A DNA stretch of 64,000 nt. It comes from Blastocystis sp. Blastoise. Lineage: Eukaryota; Protista; Bigyra: Opalinata. The DNA lies in assembly GCA_039096225.1 (NCBI GenBank), contig JBBPEB010000014.1, positions 372,001 through 436,000 on the forward strand, read 5' to 3'. The translations under genes were made by a program, and so were the position numbers. Positions 18,701 through 38,560 of this stretch are shown one piece after another. The notes beneath the pieces are model-generated. The model saw only the letters and a program-made list of their open reading frames with translations. It did no database searches and was not told the DNA's origin. Position 1 is the stretch's first letter. Each line of letters starts with the position of its first letter.

Positions 18701-19563
18701 TTATATCAATTATTAAGTGTGATTTCACCAAATTTTATTTTATCGAGATTCAAATACCAATAATATTTATATCTTATAAATTTTAGGTAATCTAGATTCT
18801 TATGAAATTTATTTAAACTCTCTTTTAATAAGAATAAAGTATCAGAAAGTAGTTCAAAAAGATAGAACCGAAAACAAAGAAAGAACATTATTCATGGTGT
18901 TTTTCTTGATTTATTTTCAGTTTCAGAGTCAATTTTCATTTTTTCCATTGGATACCAAAAAACAGAGGTTCTACTTTGAAATGTTGTTCTTTGTTATATC
19001 TTCCTTTTGCATCATCTGCAATGACTCATTATGCTTTTAATATAGTTTTGATCTATCCCATTTCCCTTTAATGTCATCTCTATTTTCATATATATATTCA
19101 AAAGAAAGACCTCTATTTTTGCAATTCTCTATTGAAGACAAACAATCAGAAAAGTAACTACATTCTAATTTTATAAACGTAACTTTATTTAAAAATTGAC
19201 TCAATCATAGAAAAGACAAGCAAATTGATCATGAATACTTCATAACTGTCAATTCCAATAATTACGATCCCCTCAGAGCTTTTTCATTTCTTTGAATAGC
19301 ATTGATTATGCTCGATTTTATTCAATCTTTACACTTGAATAACACTATTCTTTGTTTTCTATTTGAAACGTGGAAAACTGTAAGGAAAACCAGGAAAAAA
19401 AGGAAAATTCCGTGGAACTTTTTCGATACTCTTTTGAATACAAACTTTTTCAAGTTTATTTTATAGCTTATAAAATATATATTTTTATAATAGAATAAGC
19501 TGAATATACATATTGCGCATTAGATTTAGAATATACAATAAAAAAGGCTTTCTATTAAGAAAA

Positions 19564-21348
19564 ATGTCAACGTCTAATCAATTATATGAAGGATTTAACG
19601 AAAAAGAAGTCGAAACAGCAAAGAAACTATATTGGCAATCTTCCAATATGAGTGAAGTCTTCCTTCATTGGATGGAATCTCACTTTGATCGTTTCGTGTA
19701 CTTTATTTTTGTTCTATTAATTGATTTTCTTTTTTTTTTATAGTTGCTACAGAGAGCAGATTCGTGTTCTGAGTGTTTATTCAGGTGATCCAGATTTGGA
19801 TGTGAAACTTATTCAAAAATTCCAAGAAGTGTTTGTTCGTTTCAGGTATATTTATAGAATTGATAGATATATAATTGTTGCAATTACTTTATGATTTATA
19901 AATAGGTATGTTATTGTAGAACCAGTGTCCGATTGGAATCATCGAGTATTTTTATTTTTGTTTATCATATTGATTTCATATATTATTTCCTTTGATGAAT
20001 ACACTATTTATTTTGTGTATATAGGATGCGATTTCAAAGCTTTCAATCAGTAATTATCAAAGTGTAGAAGTATCTCCTTATCCTAGTTTTATTACTTTGG
20101 ATACACTTGAGACATTCGATCTTATTTTTCTCTTTGGTATTCCTACAAATATAGAACTATGTGAATACGTTATTAATAAAACACAACTATTATTAAGAGA
20201 AGGAGGAAGTGCTATTGCTCTATATCCAGTATAAATATAAATGTTATATAATATATATTCTTCTTCTCTTACAAATATGGTGTTATATTATTTGTGTTTT
20301 TATTATTTATAGAATGATTCTATTTTTACGAACTTTTGTCAAATATTACATTCAGAGATGGTTTCTCATGAAATGGAACCAAACTCCTTTATTCCCGTGA
20401 ATAATGATGATATTAAAAATTGTTTAAAAACTAATAATATATTATATAAATGCAATTCTGTGGATAGTCAACTAAATATAGAAAGTATAGTAAAACGTTC
20501 AAATGAAAGTGACTTATTATTATCTGTTCTTCTACATACTGATTTACGTGATATTACTAATGAATTATATACAACTGTATACTATATTATTATTTATTTT
20601 GTCCTCTTTTTTATTATTCTATTCAATTTCTATGAATAAATTTATGATTATTTAAGTTTTCTTTTATTATTCGATTTAAATTCTATGAATAAATTTATGA
20701 TTATAAGTTTTTATTTTTCTCTTCAATCTCTATGAATAGAATAAACTTGTGATTATTTTCAATTTTCATCTTCTTTTACGATTCTCTTCAATTTCTATGA
20801 ATAGAATAAATTTATAATTATTTTCAATTTCTTATTGAACATAAATATAACACTTTCTCTATAGATATTAAATAAAATGTTAAGTTTAAAAATAGATGCC
20901 ACAAGTTTCTGTATTGATTATTCTTTTGCTTTATATTATATTATAGGAAATGGAGTCACAGCTGATTGTATTCGTGCAGGTCCGAGAGATATAAAGACTG
21001 AATGGTATCCTGAGGGAGAAAAAGGTGAATTTGTGAATGTTGGAGAAGATCGATGGATGAAACAAATCAATAAATGGAGAGAAAAAGACTTGGCAACCAT
21101 GTATTTATTCATTTTTATTATCTATTTCTTTCTATGTATATGATATATATAATATATCAATTACTCATTTATTGCATTATCTTAGGCCTCCTCCGATGAA
21201 ACCCTTAGATGAAGAATATGAAGATGATATTCTCGACTTAATTTCCGAAATGGAAAATCCTATCTTCGAACTTCCTTGTATGGTCCCTTTAAATGATTTA
21301 CTAAGGCTATATCGTGAAGAATGGAATAGAAATTTCGGAACGCGATAG
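19564..21348 (+). CDS. Histamine-N-methyltransferase-like Rossmann fold fused to a C-terminal DUF4050/Gag1-clamp-like domain
   Basis: EQIRVLSVYSGDPDLDVKLI...YVIVEP, FDLIFLF and LLREGG follow class I MTase/HNMT order. C-terminal FVNVGEDRWMKQINKW...FELPCMVPLNDLLRLYREEW. Family calls are by eye. Confidence 0.55.
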
Positions 21349-21786
21349 TATTCAAAAACTTTAGCTTTTTAAAAATTTTATTTTCCATATTTTCTCGCTT
21401 TTTCAGCATGTAAATATTATAAATTCAACTCTATAAATTTAGAAAATAATCCATTACTAGTTTTCTTTTTCTTTTTCTTTTTTATTATGGACTAACGATG
21501 TGTTCTTTTAATATAAAAAAAATTTATTCCACTTGAAAAAAAAAATTTGAACTACATATAAAAAATCTTGTTGGTGAAGTAGAGATGATAAATCCGTAAT
21601 CTTTGGTAATTACCGATGGAAATTTCGTCGTAATTTTATATTTTTTCATGTGGAAATTACCACACAAGAATGATAAACCCATGATTATTTCTTTTTTAAA
21701 GGGGAAAATTTATAAGTGAATATAGGTAAATATTCTTCTATTTGACCTTCATCATTTTAAACAGTTCAAACAAGTGGTTGATCAAT

Positions 21787-24351
<2,565 letters not shown>

Positions 24352-24833
24352 AATATTGATGATTATTACACATGATCATTCTTATTTTTCTTCTTATTAT
24401 AAAACTTTGTTAACTCTATACTGTAATACATATCTCTTAAACCATTATTAGCTTATCAATATTAATTTATTTCCTATTTAATATCTTTTTGAATATAATT
24501 AGTTTGTACTTTTGTTTATGCAATAATAATCACTATTCACTTTAACTCTAGATTAAAAACAACATTACTCTTGATGAAATTATTACTTTTTGTTTTAAAA
24601 AAAATATAAATATTTTTTCCTTGTAATACCAAGAAATTATTTTTTTTTACAGAAAAAATAGGAAATTACATCATCTCTATGGTGAAGACAGGAGAATCTG
24701 ATTACATTTTTAATTTATACCTTATGAAGTTTAATATATTCGCGGTTATCTGTTTTTTCTACTGAAAACCAAAAAGGACTTTTTTGAATTTGTGTACTCT
24801 TTATTCACTTATTTAGTAAAGACTATATTCTAA

Positions 24834-26136
24834 ATGAAAATGCTATTGTTATTCCTTTTGATATTGTTCAACCTAGCTGTCGTATGAAAATTCCTTTTTA
24901 TTTTTTTCATTTGTTCAAATAGTCAGAAATTCAGCTTGTGGTACATATCCAAAGTTCAGAAAAACAATCAATTCAATTTGCTGATAATGAATTAAATCTT
25001 CTTATGAACGATCCGTATGTCAACTGTTCTATTCTTTCTTCTTTTTGCTATTTTTTATTTGTATATAAATAGAATGTTTGACTCAATAAATGTGAGACTT
25101 ATTCCTTTTGGTAATACATATAAAGATCATAAGACTGATGTATATTTATGTAAAAATGGTGAAAAGGAGTGTAAATTAGAACTCTATGAGAGTTGTGCAA
25201 TAAAGGAGTATGGTCTCAAAGTATCTTTTCCCTTTATCAAGTGTATTCAACAGTATTTTTTTCGTTAAATATTCAATCTTATTTCTTTTTTAGTCATTTG
25301 AATGATTTAGATGATTATTTAGCTGTTTGCTCATATAGACATTTTCTAAATCCAAATGATATCATACTCTGTACAGGCAATCAAAAATTAGTATATATAG
25401 ATATTATTTTTATTATTGATTACTAGGATATATATATTTTTTATAATTCCTATTATTTCTATGTATATGCATTTATATATATATAGATTTTCAAAGAAAT
25501 GGAAGAAGCCTCAAAAGAAACATTCCCCTTTCAATTTGTTAATTTGCCACTTGTTTTCGTGAATAATAATATGATTGAAAATCCCTCCAAACAACTCTTT
25601 TTCTCCTTATGCAAAGAATTCGAAGAAGAAAAAAAGCCAAAAGTATGTATAGTATATGTATTTTAGTGTAATTTTTTTGATATCTACTAATGCTGGATCT
25701 ATATTATTATTGTGTTATTATATGTTTATAATTAATATTTATTATTATATTATTATATTTATTATTATGTTTATTATTATATTATTATATTTATTATTAT
25801 GTTTATTATGTTTATTATGTTTATTATTATAGTTCTGTCAATATTATCCTCATAAGAATCTAACTGAAGTTGCTGTATATATATATATAATATTATATTC
25901 ATATTTTATAAGTTGTTTTCTTTATTATAATTATATATATAGACCCCTCGTCAAATTGATTCATTAAATATTCAACGATCAACTGTTGAAAGAGAATCCG
26001 ATGGTCCAATATTCACGGGAATTGTCGAATCTCAATTTAAAGTATATATATATAAGATTATTATAAAAACTATTCTATATTCTTTTTATTAACGATATTA
26101 TAATCATTTTTTCGTATATATTCTTCCTCTATCAAT

Positions 26137-26174
<38 letters not shown>

Positions 26175-29100
26175 CCCTGTTCGTTTATATATATCTTCTC
26201 AATCTATCGAGGCCTCTATGCATATTGAAACGCTCCTTATGCGAGTAATGGCCTATCCTCAGTATATATATACATATATATATATACTATTGATTATAAT
26301 AAGAAGAACATTATGATTATAGTAGTGTTCATTATGTTATGTTATTATTACTATTATTATAATACTATATATCACGCTATTCTTATTGTTCTAAGTCTAT
26401 ATCCCTATTCATCTCCTTCATATATACATATATATACATATATATACAAATACATATATATTATATATATGTTGTCTGTAGAGTTATCTCTAACAAACCC
26501 CATCTCTGTAGTATTGCTCCTTGGTTCGATGTATCCGTTATTGTATGGGGAAGCACGCACGTGCAGGAGGATGCGTCATTGGCATGTGATGGGGGACAGA
26601 ATGAATGCTATGGGAATATTGTTCTCACGTGCGTCATCCATCATCTTAAGAATCCCATCGATTATCTCCCCGTTATCAACTGCCTTATGCAGTATATATA
26701 TTATTATTATTATTATTATATTATTATATTATTATATTATTATTATATTATTATATTATTATTATTCTATTATTATATTATTATATTATTATTATTCTAT
26801 TATTATATTATTATTCTATTATTCTATATATATATATTTCATTATTCTTGCATATTTATTATTTTTTCTCTACCTATTTTTTTATTCTCTTGACTTTATT
26901 ATTATATATATATATATATAGATATCACAATCAAATGTCTTCTCATATTATGCCTTGTGTCGGTACAACTATAAATAAATATCAACTCGCTAATTGTGTT
27001 AACACCGATAAAGGCAAAAATGTATATTTATATAAATAAATATATACCTTTTTCTTCTTTGTATTCATCTTCTCTCGAATCTCTTAAGATCTTGATTCTC
27101 TATACTATTCTGTATCTATAGTTACTAGTAAAGAATGGTGAGGTTTCTATGTCTGCATTTCCCTACGGTATCCCAGCCTCTCCTACTCTAACGATAGGGG
27201 ATTATACATGTACTGGTTTATGTCCTGAATTTTATGATACTATATATAGACAAGGTCTTCTTAAAGTAGAATTATGGAGAAAGAAAGAAATGGAAATACA
27301 TCATGATAAATTTAAAGGAAAACGTTTACGTCGAAGTGATGAATTCCCGCGAATATGCAAGGATATCGATCTTCTAGAAGAGAATCGTGAAGAGGAAGAA
27401 GAAGAGCATGCAAAGAATAATAGTGATCATCATAATACTGCTATTTCCGAAGAAGAAGCTAAATTAAAACAACATGAACTTGAAGAGCAACAAGAAATCT
27501 TAGCTATGCAAGAAGAAGAAGAGAAGAAATTACATTCAAATCCATTCTCTTTAACGTTTAATCCTTCTTTTGCTCAATATAAATCTCCGCTTTCTCTCTC
27601 TTCACCTCTGTTACCTCTTTCTTCTTCTATTCCAATCCCTTCTATTGATGAGAAAACTACCTATTCCTTCTCTAGTTCTATATCTATTTATATTCTCTTT
27701 GATATTACCGATCCTACTACATTGTCCTTTCTAACACCTATATATATATATTCTCTCTATGAACAACAATATCAATATACATTACATCCTCTCCCAATCC
27801 TCTCTCTGTCACTCTCTTCATCCAATCAAATCCAATGTGCTTATAATGACTTAGAACATTGTAATCAAGCTAAACTCTATATCTGCGGAGCATCTAAGAT
27901 TCATAACGCATATAATATATTACTTTATTATTCGTGTTTATCTAAAATAGAATCTAAAGATAATTATAGTAAAGTCATAGAATGCTTAACACAAATTATC
28001 AATATAGTCGTTACGAGAGATGAACTTAGCACATGTGCTTTGTCCAATCAAATGGTTTCATTTGTACAGAAAATGATTCAAGAAAAAAATCTCCATTTCT
28101 CTGATGGAACACAATCCCCTTCATTAGGTGTTCATCATCAAGAATTCCCTGCTGTTTTCTCTACTTTTATTTCTATTCTTCAAACGTATGCACATGCTTT
28201 ACTCCCCTATATTGCCGGGGGACCCCTTCGTATTCCCGGGAAATCCTCCAAATGTGTTTTTTGTGTCGATCCCGGCATGTTATCCTCTTTGGCGGCAGTT
28301 CAAGTACAAAATATCGATATATATATCGACTTTGAATGTCCTCAAACAATTCCCTTTATTACCAAAAAGATTAAATATATAATGGATAGAGAAAAGTATT
28401 ATTTTTATTTTTTTTAATGTTTATTATTATTTTTATTTTTTTTTATTTTATTTTATGTTTATTATTATCTTTATATTGATTTTTTTATCTTTATTATTAT
28501 CAATTTTATTATCTTTATTATTATCTTTATTATATATAGATCAGAAGCATATAATATTTTCCTGCATCCCACGGGTCACGTGTTTTTGGATAATCGTTTA
28601 CAGCCATTATGTACGGCGAAAGAAAAGCATGTGTGTGAGCGTAATAATATTCTTGTTTGTATTAACAATTTATTTGATGATAATATTGTTCGATGGACTC
28701 TGTATAATTGCTTTATAAAGTATATATATATATATATTATATATATATATATATAGAATAGAATGAGTTATTTCTTATATATTAATGATAGTACTATTTA
28801 TTTATTTAATAGATATGGTGAATATGGTCCTTCGTACGTTGAATTATGTAGTGACGCGGCACGTGTCAATTATTTTGATTTCCATGAGTGTATATCCAAA
28901 CAATCTTTTGCTTATTTACGTAATGATTTGTTCACGTTGAAGAACAAGAATTTGAGAGTGACTTCGTCTCCTTTCGTATTACTGAATAATAAGTATATCC
29001 CACAAACAAAATCATTCTTCTATACTCTATGCTATGATTTAACTAATCCACCCAAAGTATATACTTTATATACATTATTATATATATTATATTATTATAT

Positions 29101-29219
29101 ATATTATTATATATATTATATACCCTTACAAATTATATTCCTTCTATCTTTAGTGGTGTCATCACATTCATCCCATGTTACTCGAGCAAGATCAGTGCCC
29201 TCTTCCCGCCTTATCATAA
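24834..29219 (+). CDS. Secreted protein with four tandem GILT-like (thioredoxin-fold) domains, multi-exon
   Basis: Signal peptide MKMLLLFLLILFNLAV. Repeats of the GILT signature: LIPFGN...CKNGEKECKLELYESC, VWGS...CDGGQNECYGNIVLTC, CAYNDLEHCNQAKLYIC, CTAKEKHVCERNNILVC. Confidence 0.7.
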
Positions 29220-30177
29220 CGCGGGAAATCATACTGCATCCTCGATGTTACAGCCGTCCATTTTTTCTTTTTTATCATTTTTTTTTCTTTTTGTTTGCAT
29301 TTCTTATCTATATATATATATCCATACATATTTATATATATTAATTCTTAATTCTAGATCATATTTTTTATTATACAAGAATCTGAATTAGATACACACA
29401 TATTTTTATATATATTATTTTATATAATCTTATTATTTTCTGCATATACTATTTTTAAAGTGATATTCATTTTTATTTATTTATATTATTACTTGTATGT
29501 TATATATATCTTCTAATCTCATAACAAAGATAATATTTTTAATTTTTTTTTAATTTTTTTTATTGTTTTATTTTACGTTGTTATTCTACTTTTTTTTTTA
29601 CTTATTATTATCACTGATGACATATTTTTTCTTTCCTTTTCTTTATATGTATATTTACCGTGAAAATTCCTTTTGTTTATTATATTTTAGCCTCGTCTTT
29701 CTTTTTATATCCTATAACAAATACCCATCAAAAATATTTACTTTTATTTCAAATAGTAAAGGTATTGACGTTCTATATATATTGTTCTCCTATTATATCT
29801 TTATTGTGCTATATTTTGTTTATTATGACCATTTATTTTTAAAATTTGACTTTCTATTTAGAATACAAATCAATAACTCTTAGAATTTATGAATATACAG
29901 AATTCTATATATTCCTCAACAGTAACTTGTTCTTTAAATAAAATAATAATTCAGATTCTAAAAGATATCTTTAAACATGAATATATAGATTTTTACATAT
30001 ATATCGATAATAGAACTATGCACGAAAAATGAAAAGCATATTATAATAAATATAATATATATCATATAAATAGGAAAAAAGGAAAAAAAGAAAAAAGAAA
30101 ATATATCATATATAGATTGAAAAAATGAAAAAAAAAGAAAAATAATATTGTGAATAGATAATATATATAAATAGTCA

Positions 30178-32780
<2,603 letters not shown>

Positions 32781-32986
32781 CTCAGTTTATAAACAAATGA
32801 TAATTTGCATCAAAAGAAATAGTTTTCAATTAACAAAGAAAATTTTCAAAATAGCTCCCAGAAAAAAAGAATAATCTTGGTTTTGACAAGAACCAAACAG
32901 TTCAACAAAATAGAATACAAGTGAACAAAGAAAAGTTCTACTTATAAAAATATTTATGTTTCTTCGCTTTGAACTATTAATTAGTG

Positions 32987-34049
32987 ATGTTAATTGAAGA
33001 ATTAAAATTTTATTATACTCCAAAGGAGGTCAATAGTCTTCTTGAACAGAATAAATGTTCTATTCATGATCTTCTCATTGATTTGGCTAGTCAAATTAAA
33101 CAATATGCAAATATCCCAATTTCTAATTTTTGTGTTGGAGCTGCTGCGTTAGGTAAAACTGGATCAATCTATTGTGGAGTAAATATCGAATTAAAATATA
33201 TTTCTATGGGTCAAGTAATTCATGCTGAACAATGTACAATTCTCAACGCTGCTATTCATTCTTTAGAAAACCATGAAACTGGAATAGAAATCCTAGCAGG
33301 TATATCTGTTTAAACATATATACAATGATTCTATTTTCATATAGTTACGGAAACACCATGTGGTCATTGTCGACAATTCTTACAAGAGTTACCTGATTGT
33401 GGTGAAATTGAAGTTTTTGTTCCATCCCATGGTATTCAATGTCCTCTGAAGAACCTTTTACCCCATAGTTTTGAGTTACCCATTGATGGCAGACTCTGGA
33501 AGATTTTTGAACAGCCCACTGAAGTTTTTGTTCCATCAAAAGAGAATCAGAGAATATGGGATACTTTTTGTGACGATCATCACCTTTCAAATGGCAAAAA
33601 CGTATATTTTATGTATCTATAATATGTAGAATTTACTATATGATTAATATTATTATAGATTATTAATTATGCATATCAATTGATGACACATTCATTTGCA
33701 CCATATTCTAAATCAAAAGCCTCAGTTGTCTTGATCAATAGCAAAAAAAAATTATTCTTCGGTGGAATGACTGTAGAGTCTGCAGCATATAATCCTACCA
33801 TGACAGCGTCTCAAGTATACTTTATTTTATATTATTTAATTACATTTTATAAAATCCGTATAGAGCTCTGTTGTTTCAATGATAACAAGATTTGAATCGA
33901 TGGATGATATTGATTACATGTTAATTTTAGAATGTAAAAATCCATTATGTGATATTAAATCAAGCTCTTTACACTTAAGTCAAGTATTACCCAAACAAAA
34001 TGACGATAAAAATGAAAATAAAATAAAAACATGCTATTTATGCCAATAA
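32987..34049 (+). CDS. cda: Cytidine deaminase, two-domain (homodimeric, E. coli/plant-type)
   Basis: PISNFCVGA, GVNIE, HAEQ and PCGHCRQF zinc motifs. Second domain SFAPYSKS...ESAAYNP. Three GT-AG introns. Confidence 0.9.
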
Positions 34050-35235
34050 TTCTAAAATCAGATTATTTTTTGTAACAAAATTGTTTTGTTAATTGGATAT
34101 TTGAATATTATTTTTCAAACTCTATTTTATATTCGTAAAATAATATGCTTTGCTTATTATGAGTTGTATATTTTTCAATAACTATATTATAAATTGTTCT
34201 TTCATCATCATTACTTTGTTTATCATATTGAATGTTCTTTGGTATGTCATATATACTCTGTATATGACAAGTAGTATCATGCTATGATATATTAAATATA
34301 ATAATAAGGAGAATATGTCAATATCAGTATTAGTATGTTGTTTTTTTAAAAATTAACCATTTTTTTTATATATAATAAATAATACAATAAACTCTTAAAC
34401 TCAATACAATTCTAGTTATGTGAATATGATTAGTAAATTTATAATTTAAATGATAATTAAAAATGAGAGCTGAATTCTTTTAATATATTAAAAATAAATA
34501 ATGGTTTGACATTTAAATGTTTTTTTAAGTGCTTATATATCTATAAAAAGAAAGATTGCATGTTTTTTTTTTACTACTCAATTCACATTTGTATTTTGTT
34601 TTGCATAAATTAATTCATGAATGACATAATCGATAGCAATCTAGAAAAATTAAATACTTATAAACTATATATTTGGAAAAAAGAAGACAATTGTGAATCA
34701 AACACTTTTGAATGCGTCTAGTTTCTCGATTATCAGTATTTGTTATCATTTTATAGATAATGAATCGAATATTTTAAGAAATAGAAATAGAAATAACAAA
34801 TAGAAAAAGAGTATAAAGAAAAACGGAAGAAAGAAACTGGAAGTAAATGAAAATGGAAAAATGAGAATAACGAGAAAATGTATTTTATACAGAAAATCTT
34901 TGGGATTTCTACGAATTTACTTTTTTGTTCATAAATTATGTCTTCGAGATGACTGTTCCATTTCTAGAAACAATTTTCGATGAACTATTGGTTGTTGATA
35001 AATAGGTACATATTGTTATATATATCTCATAAATGAATGTTGAATTTCTATGTATATCTCTTTATGGTACTTCTAGTTGGTTGAGACCTTTTTCAATATA
35101 TGACACTTAATTCAATTTTAGACTTCTAGGGAGTTTTAGACATTTTTTTATATTTATTAATTTGTATAATTAATTTTCTTTTACTGATTAATTAAATAAA
35201 GAAATACAAAGCGATTTAATTTATTACTAAAAGTG

Positions 35236-37209
35236 ATGAAATCTTATATGATTATATTATTTGCAGCTTTAATATTTGCTGCTTATGCTGAAGAAGAGCA
35301 ATCTCTTGGTCATGTTATTGGTATCGATTTAGGTACTACTTATTCTTGTGTAGGTGTTTTCAAGGATGGTCAAGTAGAAATTATTCCTAACGAACAAGGT
35401 AATCGTATTACTCCTTCTTATGTAGCTTGGGATGATAATGAAAGAATGATAGGTGATGCTGCTAAGAATCAAGCTACTATTAATCCTGAACGTACTGTAT
35501 TTGATGTCAAGCGTCTTATTGGTCGTAATTTTAATGATGAAACTGTTCAAAAGGATAAGAAGATGTGGCCTTTCCATCTTGAAGATAAGAATGGAAAACC
35601 TTCTATTAAAGTTCAAACTAATCAAGGTGAACGTAACTTCTCTCCTGAAGAAATTTCTGCTATGGTTTTAAGTAAGATGAAGCAAATTGCTGAAGCTTAT
35701 TTAGGTACTGATATTAAGAATGCTGTTGTTACTGTTCCTGCTTATTTCAATGATGCTCAAAGACAAGCTACTAAGGATGCTGGTACTATTGCTGGTCTTA
35801 ATGTTTTACGTATTATTAATGAACCTACTGCTGCTGCTATTGCTTATGGTTTAGATAAGAAAGAAGGTGAAAAGAATATTCTTGTTTTTGATCTTGGTGG
35901 TGGTACCTTTGATGTTACTGTTTTAACTATTGATAATGGTGTTTTTGAAGTTTTAGCTACTAATGGTGATACTCATTTAGGTGGTGAAGATTTTGATCAA
36001 ATTGTTATGCATTATTTTATGAAGATTATTAAGAAGAAGTATGAAAAAGATATTTCTAATGATAAACGTGCTGTACAAAAACTTCGTAAAGAAGTTGAAC
36101 GTGTGAAGAGAGTTTTATCTACTCAACATCAAGCTCGTCTTGAAATTGAAGGTCTTGTTGATGGTATTGATTTCTCTGATACTTTAACTCGTGCTCGTTT
36201 TGAAAAACTTAATCTTGATTTATTTAAGAAGACTCTTAAGCCTGTAGAAAAAGTTTTAGCTGATGCTGATCTTAAGAAGAAGGATATTGATGAAATTGTC
36301 TTAGTTGGTGGTTCTACTCGTATTCCTAAAGTACAAGAACTTTTAAAGGATTATTTCAATGGTAAAGAACTTAATAGAGGTATTAATCCTGATGAAGCTG
36401 TTGCTTATGGTGCTGCTGTTCAAGGAGGTATTCTTTCTGGTTCTGCTGCTGAAGAAACTAAAGATTTATTACTTCTTGATGTTGCTCCTCTTTCTCTTGG
36501 TATTGAAACTGTTGGTGGAGTTATGACTGTTCTTATTAAGAGAAACAGTGTTATTCCTACTAAGAAGAGTCAAGTATTCTCTACTTATCAAGATAATCAA
36601 CCTGGTGTTTTAATTCAAGTTTATGAAGGTGAACGTTCTATGACTAAAGATAATCATAAATTAGGTCAATTTGAATTATCTGGTATTCCTCCTGCTCCTC
36701 GTGGTACTCCTCAAATTGAAGTTACTTTTGAAATTGATGCTAATGGTATTCTTCAAGTATCTGCTGAAGATAAGGGTACTGGTAAATCTGAAAAGATTAC
36801 TATTACTGCTGATAAGGGTAGATTATCTGATGATGAAATTGAAAGAATGGTTCAAGAAGCTGAACAATATGCTAATGAAGATAAAGAAGCTCGTGAAAAA
36901 GTCGAAAAACGTAATGCTCTTGAAGGATATGCTTATCAATTAAAGAATACTGTTTCTGATAAAGAAAAGGGTGTTGCTGATAAGATTAGTGCTGAAGATA
37001 AGAAGACTATTGAAGATGCTGTCAAGGAAACTTTAGATTGGTTAGAAGATAATGAATCTGCTACTGCTGAAGAATTAGAAGAAAAGAAGAAAGACTTAGA
37101 AGCTATTGCTAATCCTATTATGTCTAAATTCTATCAACAAGGACAACCTGGTGAACAAGCTGGATCTGAAAACGCTTCTGAAGGTAGCGATGATGATGAT
37201 GAACTTTAA
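35236..37209 (+). CDS. BiP: ER luminal Hsp70 (BiP/GRP78), intronless
   Basis: Signal peptide, [19 protein letters not shown], and C-terminal DDEL. Confidence 0.97.
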   Translation: MKSYMIILFAALIFAAYAEEEQSLGHVIGIDLGTTYSCVGVFKDGQVEIIPNEQGNRITPSYVAWDDNERMIGDAAKNQATINPERTVFDVKRLIGRNFNDETVQKDKKMWPFHLEDKNGKPSIKVQTNQGERNFSPEEISAMVLSKMKQIAEAYLGTDIKNAVVTVPAYFNDAQRQATKDAGTIAGLNVLRIINEPTAAAIAYGLDKKEGEKNILVFDLGGGTFDVTVLTIDNGVFEVLATNGDTHLGGEDFDQIVMHYFMKIIKKKYEKDISNDKRAVQKLRKEVERVKRVLSTQHQARLEIEGLVDGIDFSDTLTRARFEKLNLDLFKKTLKPVEKVLADADLKKKDIDEIVLVGGSTRIPKVQELLKDYFNGKELNRGINPDEAVAYGAAVQGGILSGSAAEETKDLLLLDVAPLSLGIETVGGVMTVLIKRNSVIPTKKSQVFSTYQDNQPGVLIQVYEGERSMTKDNHKLGQFELSGIPPAPRGTPQIEVTFEIDANGILQVSAEDKGTGKSEKITITADKGRLSDDEIERMVQEAEQYANEDKEAREKVEKRNALEGYAYQLKNTVSDKEKGVADKISAEDKKTIEDAVKETLDWLEDNESATAEELEEKKKDLEAIANPIMSKFYQQGQPGEQAGSENASEGSDDDDEL

Positions 37210-37496
37210 ATTGAATTATTCATTCTATAAAATGAATATATTTTTTTTAATTTTTAAATTTAATTTTTTCTCGTTTCTTCTAATGTAATTTGATCTTTGT
37301 TTATTTGGGGTATTATTATTTTTTTCTTGTCTTTGCATTTTTCTATATATATATATATATATTCTTATTTATATTTCTATTTTATGAAATGAATATTTGT
37401 TTTTTTTTTGAATATAATATTTATTTTTAATAAATTTGTTGGTATTCAATCATTAATTTTATACAAATTTGTTTAGTTTTAAAGGTTAAAAAGTTA

Positions 37497-37531
<35 letters not shown>

Positions 37532-38560
37532 CAGAACAAGACAGATAAATTTGAATACATTTTGAGTCTTTTTATCATGATAAAAAAATGAAAAAAACAA
37601 ATGAATATAAGAGTGAATAGAAAAAAGATTCAGAATTAGAAAGAAACAGATTATTCATATACTAAAAAAGAAAAGAAAAAGGAATCGAACAAAACTTTAT
37701 ATAATTATACATAAGGTGAGAAATGAAAGAAACATAGGTGTGTGTAAGGCATAGATAAATACTATATTAGATACAATATAATAGAGACATAAAGAAGAAA
37801 GAGGGTTTAGAATTTACAAGAAGGGTTACCAAGTTATATCAAAATACAAAATAAAGAAAATAATATAATATATAACATAATAAAGAGATATATATTAAAT
37901 TATAAACATAAATAGATTAATAAAAAAAAAAAATAAGAAGCGAATTATATAAATATTCTTTTTTAAAATAATGTAAATAGATATTTTAAATTATAAAATC
38001 ATAAACATAGTTTGAAACTATAGAAGAAAAAGTTAAATAGTTATATGTATATAAATTTTAAATAAAAAAATTGAATATATACCATATAGACTAGATAATT
38101 ATAATGATTATACGAAAAGAGAAAAGAAGATAGATAATTAGCAATATATAATATATATAAAATTATCGATATTAGCGTATATATTAATAGGTAACAATAA
38201 GTTTATATTCATGAGACCAATAGTATATAGAATACATAAAAAAGAGTATATGATATGTATATAGGAGAAGAGTATGAATATAATGAGAAGAAAAGGAAAG
38301 ATATAAAATGGAAATAGAAATAAAAAATAAATGGATATATAATATATAAAAATAATTATAAATATAATATATAAATATAATATATAAATATAATATAAAA
38401 GCCACACACAGATATCGACATAAATATAAGTATTAATTATTATCATTATCATTAAAAACAAAAGAAGAAAAATAAATATAAATAAAAATAAGAAAAAAAA
38501 ATTAAAAATAGAATAAAAATAATGATATGTGTCTATATAAAGTTCTCCAAGTGAATTTCG

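Noticed and set aside
18900-19330. Protein-like minus-strand frames broken by stops (possible pseudogene or recoded stops)
   Set aside because: No recognisable family. Conserved genes use the standard code, so there is no support for stop reassignment.
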